Notes: a model not told the origin generated them from the sequence alone. Counted from the first letter of the stretch, positions 48,287 through 57,809 are shown. The stretch: 62,925 bases of DNA from Actinomycetota bacterium (GCA_046728015.1 JBKPDQ010000061.1:1-62925), one strand, 5' to 3'. Numbers and translations are program-made.

Positions 48287-49092
48287 CTCAGCACTGAGAT
48301 CTCGGGGTGTGTGGCAAGCAACGTCTGCGTGAACACGTAATTGAACGCGAACACGGCGAGCATCGCGACCACGACGGCCTCGTTGACAGCTCTTCCCACT
48401 CCCTCCGGCCCTCCGGACGCACTCATCCCCTTGTAGCAGCAGACGATCGCCACGATCGCGCCGAATCCCGTGCACTTGAGCAGCGAGCCCCAGAGCTCGC
48501 TCACTGAGGCGTTGCTGAACAGGGTGGCCATGAAGCCGCCAAGGGGCTGGCCGTACATCAGCTCCACGATCAAGCCGCCGGCGATGCCGAACAGGATCGC
48601 GTACACGTCGAGCAGCCCGGTGATCAGCATCAGCGACAGGAAGCGAGGGACGACGAGGTTCTTGATGGGGTCCACCCCGAGCACCTGCAGCGCGTCGAGC
48701 TCCTCACGAACCTTCCGCGCCCCGAGGTCGGCCGTGATCGCGGTCCCGGCGACGCCGGCGACGATGATCGCGCTGACCAGCGGAGCGAACTCGCGTACCG
48801 ACGCGAGGATGAAGAAGCCCCCGAGTCGATCGAGGCTGCCGAGCAGGGAGAGGAAATTCGCGGCCTGCAGTCCGGGCGCGCCGAAGGTGACCGCGACCAT
48901 CGATACCGCCATCGGGAACCAGCACAGTTGGAGCGCGAACAGGAACTGACCGACGAACTCGCCCCCGTACGGATAGGGGCGCCGGGCGGCGGCCGAGACG
49001 GTCTTCCCGGTCAGGATGACCATGTTCCCGACCTGCTCAAAGAGGGACTTGACGGGCAGGAACGCCCGGTCGGCGACTGTAGCTACGGGCAT
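48283..49092 (-). CDS. MlaE/YrbE-like ABC transporter permease
   Basis: ..REFAPLVSAIIVAGVAGTAITADLGARKVREELDALQVLGVDP.. is the hallmark MlaE/YrbE segment. Confidence 0.85.
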   Translation of the reverse strand: MPVATVADRAFLPVKSLFEQVGNMVILTGKTVSAAARRPYPYGGEFVGQFLFALQLCWFPMAVSMVAVTFGAPGLQAANFLSLLGSLDRLGGFFILASVREFAPLVSAIIVAGVAGTAITADLGARKVREELDALQVLGVDPIKNLVVPRFLSLMLITGLLDVYAILFGIAGGLIVELMYGQPLGGFMATLFSNASVSELWGSLLKCTGFGAIVAIVCCYKGMSASGGPEGVGRAVNEAVVVAMLAVFAFNYVFTQTLLATHPEISVLR

Positions 49093-49970
49093 CCGCCGGA
49101 GACCTTGACCCGCCACCAGCTCATCAACGCGCCCAGCGGGCCGAACCGTGAGCCCACCTGCCACTCCGCGCACCCCTCCTCGCCGGTCTCCGCGGCCGAG
49201 ACGACATCCCACCGATGCGAGGCGGGATCGGCGACCATGGCGTCGCGGACCTCGCGCGCGCGGCGCTCCCGCCTTGCGCGCCTGGCGGCGGCAGCGCGCG
49301 CCTCGCCGAGCTGGGTGAGCAAGGCGTCGCGCGTGCGCTCGAGCTCGGCGACGTTGGCGATGCGGGGCTCTGCTAGGCGGACCCGCCGGGCCGGTGGCTC
49401 GATCTCGCGCCTGTAGCTGGCGAGCTGCGCCTCCAGACGCCCGATCTGGCGCCGCAGCTCCTGCCGGGCCGAGATGTCGTCCGCCTCGAGCCACACGTCC
49501 GACAGGTCCAGCTCTGCGGCAAGCGCTTCGAGATCCGGCTTCTCGGCCTCGAAGTCGTCGTTGGCCGGTTCGGGCGGCAGGCCCTCGTCGAGTGCCTCTG
49601 GAAGCTCCGCCGAGACGAGCGCGACGATCGCGACATCGCGCAGATCGACCCCCGCAGCCCTCGCCTCGGCGATCGCCTCGCCGGCGATTCGCTCGACCTC
49701 GGGAGACCCCTGGGCCCTTTCGGCGACGAACGTGCCGCGTCCGTGCCGCGTGGATACGAGGCCTTCGTCCTCCAGGCGCGCGTAGACGCCGCGCACCGTG
49801 TTCACGTTGACCCCGGCCCACTCAGCGAGCGCTCTGACGCTCGGCATCCGATCGCCGGCGGCGAGCCGACCGCTCGAGATCAGGGCCCGCAGGCGCCAGG
49901 CGAGCTGCACGCCTACGGGAACCTCGCTTGCGGGGTCGGTCTGGAAGGGCGTCGTCGTCTGCTGTGCCAT
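49083..49970 (-). CDS. GntR-family wHTH regulator with long acidic/coiled-coil C-terminal extension
   Basis: LPSVRALAEWAGVNVNTVRGVYARLEDEGLV..RHGRGTFV. The C-terminal ~200 aa are unlike the FadR/HutC/MocR effector domains. Confidence 0.8.
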   Translation of the reverse strand: MAQQTTTPFQTDPASEVPVGVQLAWRLRALISSGRLAAGDRMPSVRALAEWAGVNVNTVRGVYARLEDEGLVSTRHGRGTFVAERAQGSPEVERIAGEAIAEARAAGVDLRDVAIVALVSAELPEALDEGLPPEPANDDFEAEKPDLEALAAELDLSDVWLEADDISARQELRRQIGRLEAQLASYRREIEPPARRVRLAEPRIANVAELERTRDALLTQLGEARAAAARRARRERRAREVRDAMVADPASHRWDVVSAAETGEEGCAEWQVGSRFGPLGALMSWWRVKVSGGCP

Positions 49971-49994
49971 TGAGCCACACAGTACGGGCTGATC

Positions 49995-50016
49995 CTGTAA
50001 TAGTCAAGTAGAACAG
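49995..50016. promoter_or_regulatory. AT-rich patch upstream of the GntR operon (possible promoter/operator)
   Basis: CTGTAATAGTCAAGTAGAACAG stands out from the ~70% GC surroundings. Only the CTGT..ACAG ends are symmetric. Confidence 0.25.
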
Positions 50017-50086
50017 CGGTGCCGCTCCTCACGAGGCTCCGCACGACGGGCAACCCGCGAGTTCGTCGCGTGGGTAGCCTCGAGGC

Positions 50087-50482
50087 ATGCGCATCCCCAG
50101 GGACCTGCTCGACGAGATCGTGGTCCACGCGCAAGACGAGGCGCCGAACGAGTGCTGCGGTCTGATCGCCGGCAGCGACGGGCAGGCGATCCGCGTTCAC
50201 CGCGCGCGCAACGAATTCGCGAGCCCGATGCGCTTCAACGTCCACCCCCAGGACCTGTTTCGCATCACGACCGAGATCGAGGGCCGCGGAGAGGAGCTCG
50301 CCGCCATCTATCACTCCCATCCGCGCAGCGAGGCCTACCCGTCGCAGACGGACATCAACCTGGCGGCGAACTGGCCGGATCCTCTGTGGATGATCTGCTC
50401 GCTGGCCGGCACACAGCCGGTCGTTCGGGCCTTCAGGATTCGCGACGGAGGCGTCGAGGAGGTCGAGCTCGATGTCGGGTGA
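50087..50482 (+). CDS. mec: JAMM/MPN+ metalloprotease (Mec-like)
   Basis: NECCGLI (catalytic Glu) and HSHPRSEAYPSQTD, an exact H-x-H-x7-S-x2-D JAMM motif. Confidence 0.85.
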   Translation: MRIPRDLLDEIVVHAQDEAPNECCGLIAGSDGQAIRVHRARNEFASPMRFNVHPQDLFRITTEIEGRGEELAAIYHSHPRSEAYPSQTDINLAANWPDPLWMICSLAGTQPVVRAFRIRDGGVEEVELDVG

Positions 50483-50987
50483 GGGCGGCGACGCGCAGCC
50501 GCTTGCCTGCCCCAGCTGCGCTCGCAGGTACCCGCTCTCCGAGCGTTTCTGCGAGCGCTGCGGGATGCCGCTCGTCTACGTCGGTCGCGACGAGGAGCAG
50601 CCGGTCACCGAGGAGCACGAGCGGGCGCGGAAGGTCAGGCCGGAGTTCATCGGCGGTGACCTTGTCAAGGCGGGCTGGGCGCGAAACCAGGCGGAGGGCG
50701 AGCTGATCCAGGGCATCCTGCTGGAGGAGGGCATCCCCAGCGTCCAGCGCCGCACCCGCGGTTTCGACGTGCCCGACTTCCTCGCCGGCGGCCCGCGCGA
50801 CATCCTCGTGCCGCAGGCCGCCTACGAGGCCGCCAAGGAGCTGCTCTCCGATCAGCGCGTCGAGCCCGGCAGCGAGGTAACCCCGACCGGCGACAACTCG
50901 TCGCCCGCCCGCCTGGCCGCCGGGATCCTAATCGCGCTCGTGGGCGCCTTCGCGCTCGTCTGGCTGCTGTACCAGCTGGCTACCTGA
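50472..50987 (+). CDS. Zinc-ribbon protein with DUF2007-like domain and C-terminal TM anchor
   Basis: CPSCARRY..CERCG zinc ribbon. C-terminal helix LAAGILIALVGAFALVWLLY. 11-nt overlap with the JAMM gene. Confidence 0.65.
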   Translation: MSGEGGDAQPLACPSCARRYPLSERFCERCGMPLVYVGRDEEQPVTEEHERARKVRPEFIGGDLVKAGWARNQAEGELIQGILLEEGIPSVQRRTRGFDVPDFLAGGPRDILVPQAAYEAAKELLSDQRVEPGSEVTPTGDNSSPARLAAGILIALVGAFALVWLLYQLAT

Positions 50988-50990
50988 CTG

Positions 50991-51782
50991 CTACGCGAAC
51001 GGATCCTCGGTGCCGAGCGGCTCGTCCAGGCCGCCGGCGCGTGGGACCTCCTCGCGCAGGTAGCGCCGCCACTCGCCCTCGACCTGGCGCACCGGAGCAT
51101 CGAAGGCAAGCTCGATACTGCCCCTCGCGCCCTCGCGCCGCAGGCGGGAGACGAGCACTTGGCAGGCCTCGGGGCCGCGCACGCGCTCGAGCAGGTCGAG
51201 GATCGTCCCGCCGAGGATCATGGCGTCGCGTGCCGAGGGCGGGAAGGCCGGCGGCCTGCCACTGTGCATGCGCGTATTCACAGCCGCTCGAAACAGCGGC
51301 ACCTGTCCCGAGTAGTACTGCGCGCCGCCCTCTATCAGCCAGGCCCAGCGCAGGTAGCGGGCAAAGCGGCGCGGTCCCCACGGCGGCGGCAGGCTCTCGT
51401 TGTTGGCGGCGATCACGATCTGCGCGTAGAGCCGCGCGGCGGTCCCGCGCAAGGCGGCGAGCGAGTCCTCGCCGGCGGCGCGCCGGTCCAGGTAGTCGTC
51501 GTTGAGCACGTGCAGCTCCGACGCCATCGCCCAGCCGGCGAGGTAGCGCCGGCCGGCCGGCGCGGCCGCTAGTCGCGCCGCGGGCAGAAACGGGTGGGCC
51601 GCGGCAAGCCAGCCGGGGGACGGATGGATGACGACCGTGATCCCGCCCGGCGCGTCGTTGAAGCGCTCCTCCATACGCAGCCGCGTGTCCTCGAGCTCGT
51701 CGAGGGTGCGCTGAGCGGAAGCGGTGTCCTCGCTCTCGTGCCGAGCTGTGAAGCTCAGTGATTCGGTTTCGACCCACGCCAT
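50991..51782 (-). CDS. Hypothetical 263-aa protein
   Basis: A long ORF with balanced composition, last gene of the hyuA..DUF1152 same-strand series. No motif recognised. Confidence 0.55.
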   Translation of the reverse strand: MAWVETESLSFTARHESEDTASAQRTLDELEDTRLRMEERFNDAPGGITVVIHPSPGWLAAAHPFLPAARLAAAPAGRRYLAGWAMASELHVLNDDYLDRRAAGEDSLAALRGTAARLYAQIVIAANNESLPPPWGPRRFARYLRWAWLIEGGAQYYSGQVPLFRAAVNTRMHSGRPPAFPPSARDAMILGGTILDLLERVRGPEACQVLVSRLRREGARGSIELAFDAPVRQVEGEWRRYLREEVPRAGGLDEPLGTEDPFA

Positions 51783-51873
51783 CGGGGCGCGAGCTTAGTG
51801 CTCACGGCCGCACGTACCGCCGGGCTTGAGACTCGAGCGGCTTCGCCTGGCGGCGTCCTCGGTCGCTCGCGTG

Positions 51874-52791
51874 CTACGGGCCCTCGCCCGCGCGCGTGCG
51901 CTCGTAGTCGAGCTCGGAGCGGACGCCGAGGTCGTCGAGCGTCGCCCGTGCGGCCTCGATCTCAACCGAGTCGAGCACCGCGCGCGCGAGGTGCAGCTCT
52001 CCCGCGGCAGCCTCGAGGTCGAACAGGAACGCAAGCGCTCCCACGGGACCCAGCGGCACGTGGCGCCTGCCGCCCCGGATCTGAGCGACACCGGTCTCGC
52101 CCCGTGCGCAGCGGACCACCTGCATGCTCGCCTCGGTCCCCGACCTGCGAGCCGCCGCCTCGACCTCGTCGGCGATCTCCGCCGTGACGCTCCAAGTGCC
52201 GGTCCACGCCCCGGCTCGCGCCAGCGCGGCGACTCGGTCGAGGACCTGCTCGGGTGTCAGCTCCCCGTCGCATCCAGCCCCGAGCACCCCAAGCACTCCG
52301 GGCAAGGTCTCGCTGAGCCGCAGGCCGGCGGCGAGCATCACCGCGTCGCACAGCGGGCTGGCCAGCCCCGGCTCGTCGCCGACTGCCAGCGCGTCGCCGC
52401 CGACGTCCACGTAGACAGCCGCGTCGCAGGCCAGCTGGCCGGCCGTGGCACGGATGCCCTCGGCGGCGCCGACGGCCCCCCGGCTGACGTCAATGAGGAC
52501 GGTGTCGGCGCCGAGGTGCCCCGCGACGTGCGATTCCGAGAAGCGAACGCCCTCGGGTGTGGAGGTATCGGGCGAAGCGAGCACCGCCCGGTCGCCGAGC
52601 CTGTGCCCGCCGGTCACCTGCTCGGCGGGCCGCGGGCCGGGGTGGGGGTCGATCGGCATGCGCTCCCAGGCGACGCCGCCGAGCACGAACGGCGTGCCCA
52701 GCTGTTCGCAGCGTCGCGCGAGCGCCAGCGAGCCCACGACGTCGCCGCCGCCACCGATTCCGAGCACGAGGACGCGACGCGCCCCGCGCAC
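51874..52791 (-). CDS. DUF1152 family protein
   Basis: VLVLGIGGGGDVVGSL glycine-rich N-terminus and overall pattern are typical of DUF1152. Confidence 0.7.
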   Translation of the reverse strand: MRGARRVLVLGIGGGGDVVGSLALARRCEQLGTPFVLGGVAWERMPIDPHPGPRPAEQVTGGHRLGDRAVLASPDTSTPEGVRFSESHVAGHLGADTVLIDVSRGAVGAAEGIRATAGQLACDAAVYVDVGGDALAVGDEPGLASPLCDAVMLAAGLRLSETLPGVLGVLGAGCDGELTPEQVLDRVAALARAGAWTGTWSVTAEIADEVEAAARRSGTEASMQVVRCARGETGVAQIRGGRRHVPLGPVGALAFLFDLEAAAGELHLARAVLDSVEIEAARATLDDLGVRSELDYERTRAGEGP

Positions 52792-52822
52792 GAAGTGGTC
52801 GAACGGCGTTGGAGTTACTGCC

Positions 52823-53449
52823 CTAAGCGGGGACAGGCTCGGCCTGGCAGAGCTCGCGGATCGTCGCAGCGGCGCGCTCGAACTCCTCGTCGGCCATCAC
52901 CGGGGTGCCCTCGAAGGGCAGCTCGCGATCGATCTCGACCCAGGTGCGGCAGCCGTGGTACTCGTCCCTGACGCGGACGGTGACCGGGCGCGGAATGCGA
53001 TGCACCCGCAGCAGCAGCACGTGCAGGGGATGCGTGCGCTTCCACTTCAGGCGCTTCTGCGCGTAGTCCTGCGTCCAGACGTGGAACGGCGAAAGCGCGT
53101 CCACGATCCGGGGGTCGTCGGTCTCGAAGTGGTCGGCGACCTCAGCCCAGGCGCGGATGCGCACGCGATCGGGCTGCGGGATGCCACCGTCCTGGAGCAG
53201 CGCCATGGGCGCGGGCTCCTCGTCGGGCCAGACACCCTCCTCGAGCGCGCGACGAAGCTCCGGGTGATGGGACTCGCGCACGAGGTCGTTGCGCTGGTGG
53301 TCGAACGTCGGATAGAGGAAGAACTGCTCGTGCTCGAGCTCGAAATGCTTGTTCTCCTCCCGGATTCCACCCTTACGCAGGGTGACGAGCTGTTCGCCCT
53401 CGGCGAGAGCGCGGACGGTCACAGCCCATTCTTTGAAGGCGATAGGCAT
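52823..53449 (-). CDS. DUF1802 family protein
   Basis: MPIAFKEWAVTVRALAEGEQLVTLRKGGIRE..FFLYPTFDHQ is the typical DUF1802 N-terminus. Confidence 0.7.
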   Translation of the reverse strand: MPIAFKEWAVTVRALAEGEQLVTLRKGGIREENKHFELEHEQFFLYPTFDHQRNDLVRESHHPELRRALEEGVWPDEEPAPMALLQDGGIPQPDRVRIRAWAEVADHFETDDPRIVDALSPFHVWTQDYAQKRLKWKRTHPLHVLLLRVHRIPRPVTVRVRDEYHGCRTWVEIDRELPFEGTPVMADEEFERAAATIRELCQAEPVPA

Positions 53450-53535
53450 GGATTGGATCGCTTGTCTAGGCAGGAATGAACGTTTACGGGGCTCATCCGG
53501 CACGCCTGGGGGCGCTGAGCCCACCGAGGGAGCGG

Positions 53536-53563
53536 ATATTAGAGAAATCGTGCCTCTGAGCAA
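53536..53563 (-). promoter_or_regulatory. Sigma70-like promoter candidate in the AT-rich hyuB / DUF1802 spacer
   Basis: The minus strand reads TTGCTC-16 nt-TAATAT, about 90 nt upstream of the DUF1802 ATG. Confidence 0.3.
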
Positions 53564-53572
53564 GTTTGTGAC

Positions 53573-55144
53573 TTATGTCGCATTGGTGCCGTGGCCGCCG
53601 CCCCCGGGCGTTTCCAGGCGCAGGCGGTCGCCCGAATTGAGCTTCCCGGCCCCCTTCGACGGCAGCTCCGAGCCGTTGAGCAGGTTCCGGCCCGGGTTGC
53701 CCGGCTCGCCCCCGTCGCGCCCGCGCGGCGCGTGGCGGCGGCGCTCGGTGAGCAGCGTGTACCGCATCGGCTCCAGCGCCTCGATCTCGCGCACGATCCC
53801 GTCGCCGCCTCGGTGACGCCCGTCGCCGCCGCTTCCACGCCTGAGCGCCAGCTCGCGCACGCGCAGCGGATATTCGGTCTCGAGCGCCTCGACGGGCGTG
53901 TTGAGTGTGTTCGACATGGCCACGTGGACGGCGCTCGGCCCGTCGGCGTCCGGGCACGCCCCCTGCCCGCCGCCAACCGTCTCGTAGTAGGTCCATCCCT
54001 TGAACGGCAGATGCTTCTGCCGGCGACGTTCGTCACTGGCCTCGAATACCTCACCCGACAGGGTGAAGTTGTTCATCGTTCCCTGGCCCTGCGCGGGCGC
54101 GGGCGTCGCCTCGCCAAGCGCCGCGAGCACGAGGTCGGCCACGCGGCTTGAGGTCTCGACGTTGCCTGCCGCGACCGCGGCGGGCGGTTGGGCGTTCAGC
54201 AGGCAGCCCTCGGGCGCCACGACCTCCACGGGACGGTGTGCGCCGGCCGACGGCGGGGCGTCGGGGTCGACGAGCACTCGGACGGCGAAGAACACGGCCG
54301 ACTTGGTGACCGAGAGTGGGCAGTTCAGGTTGCTTTCCAGCTGCGGGTCGGTGCCCGTGAAGTCAAGGCGCAGGGAGTCACCTGCGATCGTCGCTCGCAC
54401 CCGCAAGGAGACGTCGACCGAGCCGTCGGGCCCGCCCTCGAGCGCCTCCGTCGAGTCGTAGTCACCGTCGGGGAGCTCCGCCAGCCGCGCCCGGGTGCGT
54501 CGCTCGGCGTAGTCCAGGATCTCTCCCATTCCGATCTGGAGCGTCTCGACGCCGTGGCGCTCGGCCAGCTCGAGCAGGCGTTCGCCGCCGGTCAGGTTTG
54601 CGGCTCGCTGGGCGCGCAGGTCGGCGAGGCGCTGCTCGGGTGCGCGCATCTGCGACGCGAGCGCGGCCAAGGCGTCGTCGTCCACGCGCGTAGGCGGGAT
54701 CACGATTCCCTCTTCCTCGATCCGGGTCGACGTTGCGGGCATGCCGCCCGGGGTCGGCCCCCCGACGTCGGCGTGATGGGCCCGACTGGCCGCGAAGCCG
54801 AGCGGCTCGCTTGCGCCCGGAGCGAAGATCGGCGAGATCAGGGTGATGTCGGGTAGGTGGGTGCCCCCGCGGAAAGGGTCGTTGAGAACCCAGAGGTCGC
54901 CGGGAGACTGCGGCTCGCCGAGCACGGCGGCCACCGCGTCGGGCATCGAGCCGAGGTGAACGGGGATGTGCTCCGCCTGCATCACCAGCTCGCCGGCGGC
55001 ATCGAACAGCGCCGTCGAGCAGTCGCGCCGCTCCTTGATGTTCGCCGAGTGGGCCGCGCGCACGAGCACGGCGCCCATCTCCTCGCACGCGGCGCGCAGG
55101 CCTCCGATCAGGACCTGGAGCGAGACCGGGTCGAGGCGGGTCAC
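53573..55144 (-). CDS. hyuB: Hydantoinase B / 5-oxoprolinase B-type subunit
   Basis: LDPVSLQVL..AHSANIKERRDCSTALFD.. is a typical HyuB N-terminus. GGGAGGGAGG RBS. GTGA overlap with the hyuA stop. Confidence 0.85.
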   Translation of the reverse strand: MTRLDPVSLQVLIGGLRAACEEMGAVLVRAAHSANIKERRDCSTALFDAAGELVMQAEHIPVHLGSMPDAVAAVLGEPQSPGDLWVLNDPFRGGTHLPDITLISPIFAPGASEPLGFAASRAHHADVGGPTPGGMPATSTRIEEEGIVIPPTRVDDDALAALASQMRAPEQRLADLRAQRAANLTGGERLLELAERHGVETLQIGMGEILDYAERRTRARLAELPDGDYDSTEALEGGPDGSVDVSLRVRATIAGDSLRLDFTGTDPQLESNLNCPLSVTKSAVFFAVRVLVDPDAPPSAGAHRPVEVVAPEGCLLNAQPPAAVAAGNVETSSRVADLVLAALGEATPAPAQGQGTMNNFTLSGEVFEASDERRRQKHLPFKGWTYYETVGGGQGACPDADGPSAVHVAMSNTLNTPVEALETEYPLRVRELALRRGSGGDGRHRGGDGIVREIEALEPMRYTLLTERRRHAPRGRDGGEPGNPGRNLLNGSELPSKGAGKLNSGDRLRLETPGGGGHGTNAT

Positions 55145-57129
55145 GACGTTCCTCCCTCCCTGGTGGCGACGACGGTGCCGAACTCGTCGACGGCCGCGTT
55201 CCAGCCGGGTGGCAGCACCAGGGTCGCCTCCGGCAGCTCGAGGATGCACGGTCCTTCGACTTCCTCGCCCGCGGCCGGCTCGCCCCGAAGCACCTCGGTC
55301 TCGACCCAGTCACCGCCGAAGCGCGTGCGGCGCTGCGAGCGCTCGAGCGTCCCCGATCGCGAGGCGGTCGGCCGTGCGTCGGGGCCGGAAACCACAAGCG
55401 CGAGGCGAACGTTGACCAGCTCGACGTCGGCGTCCGGGTCGCGGTAGCCGTAGCGGCGCTCGTGTTCCGCGGCGAACGCCTCCGCGAGCTCGGCCGGGTC
55501 GGGACGCGGCGACCCTCCGACCGCGAGCTCGAACGCCTGGCCTCGATAGCGCAACTCGTAGGTGGGCTCGAGCTCGGCGTCGAAGAGCCCCTCGCCGATC
55601 GCATCGCGAAGGCTCGAAACCTCATTCGCCACGCGGTCTGCCGTGAGCGCCTCTCCGCTCAGCATCACGGTGCGCGCGGTGTCGCGCCGTCGGTCCGCCG
55701 CGACGAGGCCGAGCGCCGACAGGACCCCGCTGGCGCGCGGACACAGCAGCCGGGTGATTCCGAGCTCCTCGGCGAGCGCTGCCGCGTGCATCGGGCCGGC
55801 CCCACCGAACGGCATCAGGACGTACTCGCGCGGGTCGATCCCGCGCTCGACGGTCACGACCCGCAGCGCGCGAACCATCTCCTGGTTGGCGACGCGGACG
55901 ATCCCCTCGGCCGCCTCGAGCGACTCCAGCCCGAGCGCCGACGCAAGACCCGCGACGGCCTCGTCGGCCGCCTTGCGATCGAGCGCCACCTCGCCGGCGA
56001 GGCTCGAGGAAGGGTCGAGATAGCCGAGCAGGAGGTTGGCGTCGGTCACTGTGGGCTCCGTGCCGCCGCGGCCGTAGCAGGCTGGCCCGGGCTCCGCACC
56101 CGCCGATCGCGGGCCCACCCGCATCGCGCCGCCGTCGTCGCGCCATGCGATCGAGCCGCCGCCGGCGCCCACCGTGTGGACGTCGACCATCGGCAGCTGG
56201 ATCACCCGTCCGCCGATTCGGCGCGAGTCGGTGCGGCGCACGCTCCCGTCGTCGACGACGCAGACGTCGCACGAGGTGCCGCCCATGTCGATCCCGATCG
56301 CGTTGCCGTCGCCCGACAGGTCCGCCAGCAGGCCGGCCGCGACCGCGCCGCCCGCGGGGCCGGAGAGCACCGTTTGCGCGCCCGCGCGCGCCGCCTCGCT
56401 CGACGGCGCGACGCCGCCGGAGGACTTCATCACCTGGGGCTCGGGCAGCCCGCGATCGGACGCGCTCTCGCTGAGGCGGGCGAGGTAGCGCGCGAGCAGG
56501 GGCGAGAGGTAGGCGTCGATGACGGTCGTCGAGCAGCGTTCGTACTCGCGGAACTGCGGCAGCACCTCGTGGGAGGCCGAGACGTGCACCTCGGGCAGCT
56601 CGGCGCGCAGCCGCTCGGCCATGGCGCGCTCGTGCGACGGCTCGAGATAGGAGAAGAGCAAACACAGCGCCACCGACTCGGCGGCGGCTTCGCCGATCGC
56701 GGCCACGATCCGGTCGATCTCCTCGTCGGCAAGTGGCTCGAGGACGCCGTCGGGCGTCATCCGCTCCGCCGCCCCGAACCGCAGGTCGGCGTCGACCAGC
56801 GGCCGCGGCTTCGGCGCGCACAGGTGATAGAGCCGCGGGCGGTCTTGGCGCGCGATGTCGAGGAGGTCGGTAAAGCCCGCCGTGGCGATCAACGCCGTTC
56901 GCGCGCCTCGCTCCTCCAGCAGGGCATTGGTTCCGACGGTCATCCCGTGGGCGAAGACCTCAACATCCTCGGCCGCGGCTCCGGCGCGGTCCAGCGCCGC
57001 GTCCACCGCCGCCAGCACCCCTTGCGACTGGTCGTCGGGCGTCGTGGGCGCCTTGGCCGTGTGCAGCGAGCGCCCGTCGTAGAGCACGGCGTCGGTGAAC
57101 GTCCCGCCGACGTCTACGCCCAGCAGCAT
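55141..57129 (-). CDS. hyuA: Hydantoinase A / 5-oxoprolinase A-type subunit
   Basis: MLLGVDVGGTFTDAVL.. and DMGGTSCDV ASKHA-fold ATPase motifs. Confidence 0.85.
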   Translation of the reverse strand: MLLGVDVGGTFTDAVLYDGRSLHTAKAPTTPDDQSQGVLAAVDAALDRAGAAAEDVEVFAHGMTVGTNALLEERGARTALIATAGFTDLLDIARQDRPRLYHLCAPKPRPLVDADLRFGAAERMTPDGVLEPLADEEIDRIVAAIGEAAAESVALCLLFSYLEPSHERAMAERLRAELPEVHVSASHEVLPQFREYERCSTTVIDAYLSPLLARYLARLSESASDRGLPEPQVMKSSGGVAPSSEAARAGAQTVLSGPAGGAVAAGLLADLSGDGNAIGIDMGGTSCDVCVVDDGSVRRTDSRRIGGRVIQLPMVDVHTVGAGGGSIAWRDDGGAMRVGPRSAGAEPGPACYGRGGTEPTVTDANLLLGYLDPSSSLAGEVALDRKAADEAVAGLASALGLESLEAAEGIVRVANQEMVRALRVVTVERGIDPREYVLMPFGGAGPMHAAALAEELGITRLLCPRASGVLSALGLVAADRRRDTARTVMLSGEALTADRVANEVSSLRDAIGEGLFDAELEPTYELRYRGQAFELAVGGSPRPDPAELAEAFAAEHERRYGYRDPDADVELVNVRLALVVSGPDARPTASRSGTLERSQRRTRFGGDWVETEVLRGEPAAGEEVEGPCILELPEATLVLPPGWNAAVDEFGTVVATREGGTS

Positions 57130-57329
57130 GAGCCAGACGCTAGTGACTACGTCCTGCCGGGTCCGGCAACAGGCCCTAGCCCGCCGAGACGCGAAGCGGG
57201 GGATCTCGGCGGAGCGGTTGCCGGGAAACGGGACGGCCCCGGCTCTTGAGCCGGGGCCTCGTCCGCGCCGCCTCACCCCGGGGCGGCAACCCCCACGCCA
57301 TTGCTCCCATCCCCACGCCGCGCGGGCCG

Positions 57330-57809
57330 TCAGGCTGCCGCGCGCACCCTGTTCAAGTCCTTTCCGTCCGAGTCGAGCAGCTCGAGCTCCAGCTCCGCGC
57401 CGCCGAACGTCTCCTCCAGGTGCTTGTGCGACGGGCAGTAGTCCCGGTGCGGCAGCGGCTCACGCCGGCAGGGAGTGCCCCGCCGGGTATGGGCCTGACA
57501 CCGCCGCGGCCGGCCGTCGAGACCGAAGCCGTCAGGCAACCGGGCGAGGAACTCGAGCGCGAGGTTGATGTTGCGCTCGATCACGCTCCGGACCCGGAGC
57601 TGGTCGCTCATCGCGAAGTGCGCGCGCACCTCGTTGAAGAGCGACCGGGCCGGCCTGGCGAAGTAACGCCGGTCGGTGGTCAGTCGCCTGATCGCGCCCT
57701 CGCACGCATCGAGCACCCGCTGCTTGTTCCGACAGCCGGTCGGATCGGATGGATCCTCGATCACCCGGGGCGCCAACTCTCGATAGATGGAGCGGCTGAA
57801 GCGGTACAT
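57330..57809 (-). CDS. Hypothetical 159-aa protein with C-terminal Cys/His cluster
   Basis: MYRFSRSIYRELAPRV.., then ..CQAHTRRGTPCRREPLPHRDYCPSHKH. Confidence 0.55.
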   Translation of the reverse strand: MYRFSRSIYRELAPRVIEDPSDPTGCRNKQRVLDACEGAIRRLTTDRRYFARPARSLFNEVRAHFAMSDQLRVRSVIERNINLALEFLARLPDGFGLDGRPRRCQAHTRRGTPCRREPLPHRDYCPSHKHLEETFGGAELELELLDSDGKDLNRVRAAA

